A DNA stretch of 53,352 nt, taken from contig JAFXFG010000006.1 in the NCBI GenBank assembly GCA_017520675.1, positions 1 to 53,352 of the forward strand, in the 5' to 3' direction. The notes beneath the pieces are model-generated. The model was not told the DNA's origin, did not search any database, and worked only from the letters and a program-made list of their open reading frames with translations. The stretch is from Alphaproteobacteria bacterium. GTDB lineage: Bacteria > Pseudomonadota > Alphaproteobacteria > Rs-D84. Within the stretch, counting starts at the first letter, position 1; each line of letters begins with the position of its first letter. The position numbers and the translations under genes are program-made. Of the stretch, positions 8,451 to 18,792 are shown piece by piece.

Positions 8451-9702
8451 AGATAATCACCTCATAGTTCCAAGTACGGGACGATGCATCCCAAGAAGCG
8501 CGCATAAGATACACACCTCCAAATCCTTCAAAAGCCTTCATAAATTGTGCAGGCACTAATTTTGTTTCAACACCAACTTCAACGACATTAACATTTGCGA
8601 CATCGACCCCGTTTGTAATCGTATCGACAACGATTTGAGTATTTAAAACCGTATCGATTCCTTGAAATTCACTGGTTATATCGCGAACCACAGTATCAGG
8701 GTCGCGTTCATCTTGTGACGAGTAAGATTCTAACTTTGGTAATGTTGCGCTAACCCGCAGAGTATCTTCATTTAATTCTTCGACAAATCCCCCAGGCATC
8801 AGTTCAGACGCGATATTATAAAATTCAACCAATGTTCCAAATGTGCGTTTAAATTCTGTTACAACTCTATCTTCTTCGCATGAAACATATACTTGATTCC
8901 AACCAACAACTGGTTGCATCAGAAAAGCCATCGCTTTATAGCACAATTCTGCGCGTTCATCAGGGGCTGGCAGATTTTCAAACGGCATAACTAGTGGTTC
9001 TGGCGGTGTTTGTTTTTGGATTTCGAATTGCGCATCCAGTTCTTTGTTTTTTTCTTCGATTTGGCGTTTATATTCTGCCACCAATTCTGGGTCCAGTTCA
9101 TGGACTTTTGGTTGCGGTGCCAATGATTGCACGATTGAATCACGAAAGATTCCAGTTAACAGCAAGACAAATCCGCCGAATAATATCAGTGAAAAAATAC
9201 CTGCTCTAAAATGACTTATTGGTCGCAGATACGCACGCGAGTGCCCGCCCATCAAGTCCGATAAATTGCGTTCTATGGCGCGTGGCATGCCCCAACTATC
9301 TGGTGCAAACAGCGCCCCCCAATCAGGTATTTCGGATAGTTTTACATATTCCTTGCGTGCAGTATTTTCGTCTGCATACATTGTATCCTGCAGGATAATC
9401 CCATTTCGCGCAGCAACCAGATAAAACCCGTTTGCAATCTGAAACACTGCAATAAACGAGGTATATTCTGAAAACGCATCCATAACTTCTGCTGCTGCAC
9501 TAATCATCCCGACATGCAGACCATCCCGCCGCGCCCCCAGTCCAATCATTGCGCGATATTCTGTGTACAAATTCAAATGTCGATTAATATTGTGCGACAA
9601 AGTACGCGCATAATTGCGTGCGTTAAAGCCTGCGCCAATCGGTTGCCATACCAGACCAACCGCGTACTTTTTACGATTAATAGTTATTGTTTGATTTGCC
9701 AA
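8440..9702 (-). CDS. pilO: PilO-like type IVb pilus accessory protein
   Basis: N-terminal YAVGLVWQ motif, YLVAARNG.I..D, a central TM and a periplasmic GW..C domain; synteny with pilPQR. Confidence 0.65.
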   Translation of the reverse strand: MANQTITINRKKYAVGLVWQPIGAGFNARNYARTLSHNINRHLNLYTEYRAMIGLGARRDGLHVGMISAAAEVMDAFSEYTSFIAVFQIANGFYLVAARNGIILQDTMYADENTARKEYVKLSEIPDWGALFAPDSWGMPRAIERNLSDLMGGHSRAYLRPISHFRAGIFSLILFGGFVLLLTGIFRDSIVQSLAPQPKVHELDPELVAEYKRQIEEKNKELDAQFEIQKQTPPEPLVMPFENLPAPDERAELCYKAMAFLMQPVVGWNQVYVSCEEDRVVTEFKRTFGTLVEFYNIASELMPGGFVEELNEDTLRVSATLPKLESYSSQDERDPDTVVRDITSEFQGIDTVLNTQIVVDTITNGVDVANVNVVEVGVETKLVPAQFMKAFEGFGGVYLMRASWDASSRTWNYEVIIYAK

Positions 9703-9789
9703 AAATCTCTCTCTCTTAAAGTTCTTGTGTAATTATAACACAAAAACCAAAACCAAGGCAAATATTTATAATTGCAATTTTAATATTTT

Positions 9790-11127
9790 TTAATCGAACG
9801 GATTTTCTGATTTTTGATATTCGATTACGACTGGCAAGTGTTCCCACTGTAATGCAGTTGCGATACCGCGACGCAAGTACCTTGTATATGATTCAGGTAT
9901 ATCAGATGCGCCACCGACATTAATTGTTATTCGCATTGGGAAACGTCCAGTTTGTCTTGCAAATTTGATTTTCATTGGTCGTTTCAGGCGCGACAAAGGT
10001 GGCTGTCGTTCTGCAACCAATCGTTCAATTATTCGATTAATTAAACTGGTCGGTGCCTGTGTTGTTGACAGGTCGTATTGTTGATAAATTCGTTTAAACA
10101 TATTTTGCACACCAGTGCCTGTTTCTGCGGATACTGCCAATATCAGTGGCTTTACAATCTGGTGGAAAGAGTTGGCGAATTGGTGTTTTAATTTCAACAA
10201 TTTTTCATCCCGCAATTGTGGTTCGACTAAATCCCATTTGTTCAGTGCCACACATAATATTTTACCCGCATTATAAACGCGACCAGCAATTGACAGTGCC
10301 TGATTTTCAATGTTTTTTGTTGCGTCAACCATTAAAATCACAACATCTGATTTTTCGATTGCGTCCAAAGATTTTAACGCGGACAATGTTTCGACATCAT
10401 CTGTAACACCTGCCTTGCGACGCAGTCCGGCTGTGTCCATTAAAACAATATCGCGCCCATAAAATGTTGTTGGGATTTTTACAGTATCACGCGTTACCCC
10501 AGGTGCATCCATAACAATTTGTCTTGATTGTCCCAGTACCCGATTAACAAAAGTTGACTTACCAACATTTGGTTGACCAAGTATTGCGATTTTTATTCGG
10601 TTGTCTGGCGCTTTTTCAAGTGTTTGGCTGTTGGTGCCATTTTTATTTGCGATATCGTCCAGAAAGGCAAAAATTTCATCGAACCCCAGTTTATGTTCTG
10701 CGGAAATCATCACTGGTGCCCCAAAGCCTAGTTTATAAAAGTCGTGTGTTTCGGTCAGTCTTTTACCAGATTCGCTTTTGTTGACCAGTAATAAAACAGG
10801 TGCGCGTGTTTTTCTGCGAACCAGTTTTGCCCACTCTATATCATCACCCATCAGTCCCACGCGACCATCAACAACAAACAAAATTGCGTCCGCATCTGCG
10901 ATTGTATTTATCGCCATATTTGTTGAATCCTGTGCGATGCCGGAATTTGCGCGTTCCAGTCCTGCTGTGTCGTACAGCGTATATGGACGGGTTTTAAAGT
11001 TCCCAGAAATCGTGTCGCGTGTTACCCCTGGTCTGTCGTGTACCAAGGCATCGCGTGTACCGGTCAGCGCGTTAAACAAAGTTGATTTGCCTGTATTAGG
11101 GCGTCCTGCAATTACTACTTTCATCAT
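9790..11127 (-). CDS. der: Ribosome biogenesis GTPase Der (EngA)
   Basis: Two GTPase domains (GRPNTGKS and GQPNVGKS), PGVTRD twice, DTAG twice, NKxD. Confidence 0.95.
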   Translation of the reverse strand: MMKVVIAGRPNTGKSTLFNALTGTRDALVHDRPGVTRDTISGNFKTRPYTLYDTAGLERANSGIAQDSTNMAINTIADADAILFVVDGRVGLMGDDIEWAKLVRRKTRAPVLLLVNKSESGKRLTETHDFYKLGFGAPVMISAEHKLGFDEIFAFLDDIANKNGTNSQTLEKAPDNRIKIAILGQPNVGKSTFVNRVLGQSRQIVMDAPGVTRDTVKIPTTFYGRDIVLMDTAGLRRKAGVTDDVETLSALKSLDAIEKSDVVILMVDATKNIENQALSIAGRVYNAGKILCVALNKWDLVEPQLRDEKLLKLKHQFANSFHQIVKPLILAVSAETGTGVQNMFKRIYQQYDLSTTQAPTSLINRIIERLVAERQPPLSRLKRPMKIKFARQTGRFPMRITINVGGASDIPESYTRYLRRGIATALQWEHLPVVIEYQKSENPFD

Positions 11128-11194
11128 TATTTTTCCATTGATTTTTTCTAATTATAAAGCAAAAATATAAATAATCAAATCAGAGGGTGCGATT

Positions 11195-11791
11195 ATGAAG
11201 AAAAAAATTAAGAACGCATTTAAGCGTGTTAAAAACATAATAACCAATCCAAAGCGCTATTTTACCAAGATTGTCGCAGATGGTAATATGGAAGAATCGA
11301 TGTTGCGTGCATTTTTATATGGTTTGCTTGGTGGTTGTTTGGTTTTACTTATTCGTTTAATTGGCGGTGCGACAATTACGGTTGGTGCTATATTCACTGC
11401 TGTAATAGTTGTTCCTGTTTTGGCGGTTACCTTGTTATTTGTGTTTGGTGGTCTAATGATGTTGATTTCAGAAATAACAGGTGGCGAACGCGATTGGGAA
11501 ATTGCGATTAAGGGTTTGGCATCAATATTTTTTATCTATCCCCTGATATTGGTTTTAAACGCATTGGCATTTAATTGTACATCTATGTGGATAATAAGCA
11601 TACTGGTTGATTTGTATGTTCTGTTTTTGTTCTATAATATTGCGGTCTATTGTATGCGTGGCAAGAAAAGTTATGTAATAATAGTAATTTGTGTATTGTT
11701 ATTGTTTATGTTGACTGTATATGCCACAGATTATCGTATTGGCTGGTTTATGTTAAAGAATACCAGTGCGACACTTGCGTGCTTGATTTAG
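11195..11791 (+). CDS. Yip1-family membrane protein
   Basis: IITNPKRYF N-terminal motif and about 5 TM helices. Confidence 0.7.
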   Translation: MKKKIKNAFKRVKNIITNPKRYFTKIVADGNMEESMLRAFLYGLLGGCLVLLIRLIGGATITVGAIFTAVIVVPVLAVTLLFVFGGLMMLISEITGGERDWEIAIKGLASIFFIYPLILVLNALAFNCTSMWIISILVDLYVLFLFYNIAVYCMRGKKSYVIIVICVLLLFMLTVYATDYRIGWFMLKNTSATLACLI

Positions 11792-11903
11792 TTAATCGCC
11801 CCATTGTGGGCGATTTTTTATAGAAAACAATCCGTTGCAGTTTTATTGATACGACAACCATAAAATGATATAATAGCATTATTTAGGAAGCGAGAGAATA
11901 GAT

Positions 11904-12626
11904 ATGCCAAAAACAAAAGAAAACATCATATCGATGAAACATATAAACAAAAGTTTTCCGCTGGAACTGGGTGGTGAACAGCAGGTTTTATTTGATATAA
12001 ACTTTACCATAAAATCGGGCGAGTTTGTTGCGATTATGGGGCCATCAGGTTCTGGCAAATCAACATGTATGAACATAATTGGTGCGCTGGATACACCGAC
12101 ATCTGGTGTATATGAACTTTACGACAGTGATGTTACAGGTCTGACGACAGATGAATTAGCGATATTTAGAAATGAATACATCGGCTTTGTTTTTCAGCAG
12201 TTTAATTTACTGCCAAAGCGCAGTGTTCTGGATAATGTAATGTTGCCATTAATGTATCGTGGTCTGCCTATGCAAGAGCGTATTCTTCGTGCGCGTGAAA
12301 TGTTAAAGCGTGTTGGTCTGGAAAGTTTTGAATCATACCTGCCGACACAACTGTCTGGTGGTATGAAACAGCGTGTTGCGATTGCGCGTGCCTTGGCTGG
12401 TAATCCAAAGTTAATATTGGCGGACGAACCGACTGGTGCCTTGGACAGTAAAATGGGAAACGAAATCTTAAAGTTCTTCAAGCAATTAAACAAGGATATG
12501 GGTATAACTATTGTAATGATTACGCACGAATTTGATATTGCAAAATATGCGGACAGATTGATTCACATTCGTGATGGTCGAATAAATTATGATGGACCTG
12601 TGCCACTTAATGATAATAACCTATAA
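11904..12626 (+). CDS. MacB/LolD-type ABC transporter ATP-binding protein
   Basis: GPSGSGKS, IGFVFQQFNLL, LSGGMKQRVAIARAL, ADEPTGALD. Confidence 0.95.
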   Translation: MPKTKENIISMKHINKSFPLELGGEQQVLFDINFTIKSGEFVAIMGPSGSGKSTCMNIIGALDTPTSGVYELYDSDVTGLTTDELAIFRNEYIGFVFQQFNLLPKRSVLDNVMLPLMYRGLPMQERILRAREMLKRVGLESFESYLPTQLSGGMKQRVAIARALAGNPKLILADEPTGALDSKMGNEILKFFKQLNKDMGITIVMITHEFDIAKYADRLIHIRDGRINYDGPVPLNDNNL

Positions 12627-12639
12627 CAAAGGAATAAAA

Positions 12640-13857
12640 ATGACATTTAATGACATATTAAAAGAATCTTGGTTATCGATAAGTGGTAACAAAATCCGTT
12701 CATTTTTAACGGTGCTGGGGATTATTATTGGTGTTATGGCGGTTGTTATAATGGTTGCAGTTGGTGAAACTGTGCAAAAGTCCATTACAGATCAGTTTTC
12801 ATCGCTGGGTACAAATACTATAATGATACGCGCAGGTGCTGCGCAACAGGCGGGTGTCAGAACGGGCAATCGTCATACATTGACTATACAAGATGCAGAA
12901 TTTATCGGTAAATTGCCTGATGTGATGGCGGTCACTCCTGTTCAAAATGGTGCGGCACAGGCGATTTACGGTAATAAGAACTGGGGGACATCAATGGTTG
13001 GTGTTTATCCAGCCTATTCCATTGTTCAGAATATAGAAATAGAACATGGTACATTTTTTGATATGTCTGCGGTACGCAACGCGTCTACGCATGCGGTTAT
13101 TGGGCCTGAAACAGCCGAAGAACTAGGGTTGCCTAAAAATCCAGTTGGCGAAGTTATTAGAATACAAAATACACCCTTTGTAATTGTTGGCGTTACCAAG
13201 GCCAAGGGCGACAGCGCAATGGGCAGTCAAGATGATATGATAATCATTCCAATAACCACATTAAAAAAGCGTTTACAAGGTTCGCGTTTTCCGAATTCTG
13301 TTGGTATGGTCGCGATAAAGTTGTTACCAGATTCTGATAACAATCTGGCCATAGAGCAGATGACAGCGCTTTTGCGTCAACGGCACAGACTAAAAGAAGA
13401 TGCAGTTGATGATTTTCAAATTATGGATATGAAGCAAATTATGGAAACGATGACAACTGTAACAGGATACTTAAAGTTGTTATTGATTGCGATTGCTGCG
13501 GTGTCATTATTGGTTGGTGCGATTGGTATTATGAATATGATGTTGGTATCGGTTGCAGAGCGTACGCGTGAAATCGGCATACGCAAGGCAATTGGCGCGC
13601 AAGAAAAAATGATAATAATTCAATTCTTATCAGAATCTGTATTGATTTCATTTATTGGTTCTATGATTGGTTTGATTATTGGTGTTGGCTTGTCGCAGGG
13701 TGTTGGTCGTTTTATACTGGGGTATAATGTTCCGTTCAGTATGTGGCCGGTTGTCTTATCTGTATCTGTTGCGGTAATTGTTGGTTTATCATCTGGTGTG
13801 ATGCCTGCGATGAAGGCGGCAAAACTAAATCCAATTGACAGTCTGCGTTATGAATAA
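12640..13857 (+). CDS. MacB/FtsX-type ABC permease
   Basis: RSFLTVLGIIIG, GIMNMMLVSVAERTREIGIRKAIGA, LNPIDSLRYE. Start placed at 12640 after AAGGA. Confidence 0.93.
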   Translation: MTFNDILKESWLSISGNKIRSFLTVLGIIIGVMAVVIMVAVGETVQKSITDQFSSLGTNTIMIRAGAAQQAGVRTGNRHTLTIQDAEFIGKLPDVMAVTPVQNGAAQAIYGNKNWGTSMVGVYPAYSIVQNIEIEHGTFFDMSAVRNASTHAVIGPETAEELGLPKNPVGEVIRIQNTPFVIVGVTKAKGDSAMGSQDDMIIIPITTLKKRLQGSRFPNSVGMVAIKLLPDSDNNLAIEQMTALLRQRHRLKEDAVDDFQIMDMKQIMETMTTVTGYLKLLLIAIAAVSLLVGAIGIMNMMLVSVAERTREIGIRKAIGAQEKMIIIQFLSESVLISFIGSMIGLIIGVGLSQGVGRFILGYNVPFSMWPVVLSVSVAVIVGLSSGVMPAMKAAKLNPIDSLRYE

Positions 13858-13926
13858 TAAATATGAATAACAAATCACCCCAAGGAAATTTCTTGGGGTA
13901 TTTTTTTTGTTTTGATTAGTGGGTAT

Positions 13927-16185
13927 TTATTTGACAACCAATTCCTTTACAGTTTTTGTTTTTGCATCATATACCTTTGGTTTTCCTGCATATCGTAATG
14001 CATAATGGTGTTTTGGAATCATATATTCTGGAATTGGGGATGCAGCGCCCATATCAACCTTTGCGGCCAGTGCCTTTTGCACCGCTGTTTCGCGATAGAA
14101 GTACCATTCACCATCCGCTTCAATCGGCAGGTTGTAGAATCCTTGGAACAACACCAATTGTTTTCCTGTTTTCAGTGTCATTAAATCCATTGGGCTGAAC
14201 AAGTCTTCTTCTTTTTCAACTTCGACATCCTTGCCGTCTGGACCTTTCTCTTTCTTTTTAACCTTTTTTTTGCCAATCATGCGTGTAAATCTTTCTGCGG
14301 TTGCTGGGTCGTTTACGCGCAAGATAACCTTTGCGGCTGTATTTGCGATAATTGTATCAGCGGCCTTGTCGCCATATTTTTCTTGAATCTGACTGATGTC
14401 CTGACCGACAATCAGATAAGACACTTTTTGTCCACGACCAACAGCCGGCCCACGAATAATAGCCTCTAACTTATTCATTGTTGGCATTTCGTCTAACACG
14501 AACAGGGCAGGGTATGGGCCAAGTTTTTGTCCATTATTAATTGCCTCTGGTTTGTTTGCAATCAGGTAATTAGACAGCAATTCGATAAACATACTGGTTA
14601 TTGCCGAAAACGCAGGTGCGTCTGCTACATTCATTGCCAGATATATTGTAATCGGCTTCATTTTGCCGTCTGTTGGGTCAACCATACCGCGCATATCACC
14701 AAAGTGTAAATCAGAATGTCTGGTGTGTTTATTGACAGCCGGATGTCTAAAAATATTTAATCCTGCATTCATTGTTGACATAACAGACCCACGTTCTTTA
14801 TCTGGTGTATTTGCAAGGTTAATCAGTGCGGATACAGAATCGCTGTCATATGCATACAGTTGTGCTTCTTTGATTGCTTCGTTCAAAAAGTCTTTCATTG
14901 GGTCAGCCATCATAACCATCTGGTCGCCTTGGTTTTTGCGTTCTTCCAAGTCTTGTGCGACTTTGATTTGTCCTTCGACATACCATGCCAAGAACATTGG
15001 TATCGAAGCCTCGGCCCCATGCCACTCCTTGGGCAGTCCGCCCCATGTACCAACATGAACATAGTTATTAATATTCATTTGCTTATTTTGCAACAGTGCC
15101 ATTGCAGCATATGCATTTGGGTCTGTTGTCATTGTCAGATAATAGTCCATCAAGACTGCGGCATCTTGTTCGTCAAATGTCCCTGTTGCCAATCTGTTAT
15201 AGAAATAGTCGTTTGCCTTGGCGCGTTCTACTTTTGAAATGATAAAGTTAATAAATCCTGTTAACGCGGCGCGCGCAGTGTTTGACCAGTGTGGGTCTTT
15301 TGCGTTTTCTTCGACAATAGAATTAACAACGACTTGTATATAAGTACTGCGTCCTTCTGGGTTTGGTGGCAGGTTTTCAGGCGATAATGGATTCCACGCA
15401 GGGTAATAGATGCCTTTTTCTGGTTCGTCAGGTGCGGCCCAGTTCATAATAAATACAGGTCCAACTGTCGAGCGGTACCCAGATGTTGTGTAAATCAATT
15501 CTGGTTTAGGGTCGTTTACAATCATTGAAACATTATCACATTCCAAGATGGTTGGAATAACGACACCCTGTGTTTTACCGGTACCCGCAGGCGCCAACAG
15601 CAACGCAGACATACATTCGTCCATTTTAAGCGCGGTTTGCTTTCCTTTGAATTTAAAATACCCCAGCACCATCATAAAACCATTGAACAGTCCCAGTTTG
15701 TTTTTGTGGTTTTGTGCCATTTTCATAATGTCTTTTTCGTTTGCCTTGCGTGAAGTCTTTTCATCAAATTTGTCTTTGCTGTGTGGGTTGAATTCATCTG
15801 TCATTGTTGCATCTGACAGAAAGAAATAACCAATAATCGGCAACAGTGGTGTAATGCACGCAAAATCAGGTCTTAGCATACAGCGCGTTATCCAAGACGG
15901 TATTTCTGCCAACACAGACAATCCGCCACTGGACAACATATTTTCAAAGTACAACAAGAACCATTTGCTTGTTGCGGGTCCCCAACCATATCGCCACAAA
16001 TGTTCGATTGGGAAAGCGCACGCAAACATCAGCGCAGCAATCATCCATATTAATAATGTCCATCGAATAGACCAAAACTCACGTGCTTGTGGGGTTTGTT
16101 CGTGTTCCTTGTATGCTTTGGAACTAAAAATCCCCAGTCCTTTACCTTTGCCCGATGCCGATAAAAAGTTGAATTTTACTGCCAT
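13927..16185 (-). CDS. virD4: VirD4/TraG-family type IV secretion coupling protein
   Basis: N-terminal TMs, Walker A APAGTGKT.GVVIP, DPKPEL, WNPL, Walker B LDEMP, GRG...QD.SQ...YG. Start probably MAVKF at 16185. Confidence 0.88.
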   Translation of the reverse strand: MAVKFNFLSASGKGKGLGIFSSKAYKEHEQTPQAREFWSIRWTLLIWMIAALMFACAFPIEHLWRYGWGPATSKWFLLYFENMLSSGGLSVLAEIPSWITRCMLRPDFACITPLLPIIGYFFLSDATMTDEFNPHSKDKFDEKTSRKANEKDIMKMAQNHKNKLGLFNGFMMVLGYFKFKGKQTALKMDECMSALLLAPAGTGKTQGVVIPTILECDNVSMIVNDPKPELIYTTSGYRSTVGPVFIMNWAAPDEPEKGIYYPAWNPLSPENLPPNPEGRSTYIQVVVNSIVEENAKDPHWSNTARAALTGFINFIISKVERAKANDYFYNRLATGTFDEQDAAVLMDYYLTMTTDPNAYAAMALLQNKQMNINNYVHVGTWGGLPKEWHGAEASIPMFLAWYVEGQIKVAQDLEERKNQGDQMVMMADPMKDFLNEAIKEAQLYAYDSDSVSALINLANTPDKERGSVMSTMNAGLNIFRHPAVNKHTRHSDLHFGDMRGMVDPTDGKMKPITIYLAMNVADAPAFSAITSMFIELLSNYLIANKPEAINNGQKLGPYPALFVLDEMPTMNKLEAIIRGPAVGRGQKVSYLIVGQDISQIQEKYGDKAADTIIANTAAKVILRVNDPATAERFTRMIGKKKVKKKEKGPDGKDVEVEKEEDLFSPMDLMTLKTGKQLVLFQGFYNLPIEADGEWYFYRETAVQKALAAKVDMGAASPIPEYMIPKHHYALRYAGKPKVYDAKTKTVKELVVK

Positions 16186-16240
16186 AATGTTTAATATTAT
16201 AACAGAAAAATAATTAATAAGAAAACAGGAAATATAAAAA

Positions 16241-16897
16241 ATGAAAAATATTCCGCGAATATTTCTGGACACTCAGATAACTACAGGTGCGCAAATTCCG
16301 ATTGGGCGCGATGTTTCGCATTACTTGACGCGTGTGATGCGAACAACCAAGTGTTTGGTTTTTGGTGATGGTAATGAATACAGCGCAGAATTATCACCAG
16401 ATGGCGCGTCTTTGCGTGTGTTGGAACGAACTGCGCACACAGACCCATCGAATGATTTGACTTTAATTTTTTCACCGATTAAGCGAATGGATGATTTGTT
16501 AAATATGGCGACTCAAATGGGTGTTGCTTATTTTCAGCCTGTTATTATGTCGCGGACTGTTGCGCATCATATAAATTGGTCGCGTATGCACAAGATAGTA
16601 ATCGAAGCGGCCGAGCAGTCAAATCGCAATAGTATTCCGAAAATTTTACCCGAAAAGAAATTTCAAGATTTAGATTTATCAAACATTATCTTCGCGGACG
16701 AGCGCTGTGCCCACACACAAACGACATCAGGTGTTGATTTTAATTCTAAATTTATTATGATTGGTCCCGAAGGCGGATTTTCTGAATCTGAATTCAACGC
16801 GCTTGATTCTGCTGGGGCGCACAGTTTATCATTAGGCAAAACGATACTTCGGGCAGAGGTTGCATCTATCGTTGCTATATCCAAGGTGTTAAAATAA
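16241..16897 (+). CDS. rsmE: 16S rRNA m3U1498 methyltransferase
   Basis: HYLTRVMR, EAAEQSNR, IGPEGGFS, LGKTILRAE. Confidence 0.93.
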   Translation: MKNIPRIFLDTQITTGAQIPIGRDVSHYLTRVMRTTKCLVFGDGNEYSAELSPDGASLRVLERTAHTDPSNDLTLIFSPIKRMDDLLNMATQMGVAYFQPVIMSRTVAHHINWSRMHKIVIEAAEQSNRNSIPKILPEKKFQDLDLSNIIFADERCAHTQTTSGVDFNSKFIMIGPEGGFSESEFNALDSAGAHSLSLGKTILRAEVASIVAISKVLK

Positions 16898-16898
16898 A

Positions 16899-17600
16899 AT
16901 GACTATAAGAATTGCTAAATTTATTTCTGATTGTGGTATTGCGTCGCGTCGCGATGCTGAAAAGATGATTGCTGATGGGCGTGTCAGCATAAATGGTGTT
17001 GTTATTGACTCGCCTGTACATTTTGTTACACCAGATGACACAGTAAGTGTTGATGGTAATAATATTCAAGAGCGTGGTGAAACGGCTTTATATATGTTTC
17101 ACAAGCCTGTTAATTGCCTAACAACTTTGCGTGATGAGTGTGGTCGCAAAACGATATATGATTTTTTGCCACCAGAATATAAGCATTTAAAATATGTTGG
17201 TCGTCTTGATTACAAGACCACAGGTTTGCTGTTGTTAACAAATGACGGTGAATTGGCGCGAACATTAACTTTACCATCGTCTGGGATACCGCGCACATAT
17301 ATTGCGACAATATCTGGCAAAGATTCGCGTGCAGGTTTGGAAAAGGCGCGTCAAGGTATGACGGTTGACGGTGTGAATTACAAACCGATGAAGATAGAAG
17401 AATTATCCAAAAGCAAACTTCGTATTACAATAACCGAAGGCAAGAAAAATGAAGTTAGAATTGTTCTGCGCGCATGTGGTTGTCCAGTGCGTAGATTACA
17501 CAGGATTAGTTATGGGAATATATCCCTTGATAAATTGCCTGTTGGAAAAATCGAAAAAATTATGCAGAAAACAATTGACGAACTTATAAAAACTAATTAA
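16899..17600 (+). CDS. rluB: RsuA/RluB-family pseudouridine synthase
   Basis: S4 domain (RIAKF...GIASRR), catalytic VGRLD, GLLLLTNDG, EGKKNEVR. Confidence 0.85.
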   Translation: MTIRIAKFISDCGIASRRDAEKMIADGRVSINGVVIDSPVHFVTPDDTVSVDGNNIQERGETALYMFHKPVNCLTTLRDECGRKTIYDFLPPEYKHLKYVGRLDYKTTGLLLLTNDGELARTLTLPSSGIPRTYIATISGKDSRAGLEKARQGMTVDGVNYKPMKIEELSKSKLRITITEGKKNEVRIVLRACGCPVRRLHRISYGNISLDKLPVGKIEKIMQKTIDELIKTN

Positions 17601-17633
17601 TATTCTAATTAACAAAAGGAAGGGAGTTTTGAT

Positions 17634-18665
17634 ATGAAAAAAACAACTAACAAAAAAGCAAAAACGCAAACTAAGGTTCGTCCTGTTGTGTCCAGGGCAA
17701 CAATCAAAGAGGCAAAAGCCAATCGTGCAAAACCATGTTTTAGTCCATGGTCTTTATCGATTTATATTTATTGGTTTATAATTTTATTCTTTATTGCTGC
17801 GACTTTTTATATCCTGGGACGCAGTCATAATAACGCGACTGTCAAAGATATTCAAATTACCGAAGAAATTTTAATGCAGGCAAATGACTATTATGAAAGC
17901 GGAAAGACAAAACTGTTGGCTGGCAATATTGACGAAGCGGTTGCAGATTTGACTGCTGCGATTGATGCGGGTGTTGCAACTGTTGATTCGTATATTTTGC
18001 GTGGCGAAGCATATTTACAGTCTGGCGACTATCGTAATGCGATGGACGATTTTAATACTGCGTTGGACAAAGATCCTGCGAATGCGGTTGCCTACTATGA
18101 TCGTTCGTTGTTGAATACGCGCCTAGAAGATTATGCGGCGGCAATGAATGATATTAACAATGCGATGGCATCTAATGTTACGCGCCCAAGTCAGTTCTTG
18201 CAGATGCGTGATTTGTATGCAAAACGTGGTCAGTTAAACTTGTGGATGAAGAACTGGGAGGGTGCAATTGCGGATTACACAAATTCGCTTGCGCGGCCTG
18301 AGGGTGCAATCAGTCCATCTGTTTATGCAGAACGTGCCGAAGCGTATACAGCGATTGGTGATTATGCATCAGCGATAAATGATTACAGTACTGCTGTGCG
18401 TGTAATTTCTGAGCAAATCCAAGGTGCTCCAACGATTGAAGAACGTGAAGCCTTGTCCAGTAACGCGATGAGTTATTTTGAAAAATCTGCTGCCTTGAAT
18501 TTGAAGCAGGGTAATGTAGAGATGGCGCGTGTAGATTTGGAATCGGCCTATACAATTGCTGTTGCTTTGAATGATGCAGAAACTATTGAAAGATTGCAGG
18601 GATTGATTAACGGGCTAAAAGAAACAGTACCGCAGCCTGTGTCAGAACCGGTTGTCGCAGAATAA
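17634..18665 (+). CDS. Membrane-anchored TPR protein
   Basis: One TM followed by several TPRs (A..D.T.AI, AY..RG.AY). Confidence 0.85.
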   Translation: MKKTTNKKAKTQTKVRPVVSRATIKEAKANRAKPCFSPWSLSIYIYWFIILFFIAATFYILGRSHNNATVKDIQITEEILMQANDYYESGKTKLLAGNIDEAVADLTAAIDAGVATVDSYILRGEAYLQSGDYRNAMDDFNTALDKDPANAVAYYDRSLLNTRLEDYAAAMNDINNAMASNVTRPSQFLQMRDLYAKRGQLNLWMKNWEGAIADYTNSLARPEGAISPSVYAERAEAYTAIGDYASAINDYSTAVRVISEQIQGAPTIEEREALSSNAMSYFEKSAALNLKQGNVEMARVDLESAYTIAVALNDAETIERLQGLINGLKETVPQPVSEPVVAE

Positions 18666-18792
18666 GAGAAAAAAATCCGCAAAACTGCGGATTTTTTTAA
18701 AATAAGATTTTTTATATTTTGTATATATTTTACTTTAAAAATAATTTTTTTGTTGTTATAGTACCTGCATAACAAAATAAAAGGATGGAAAA

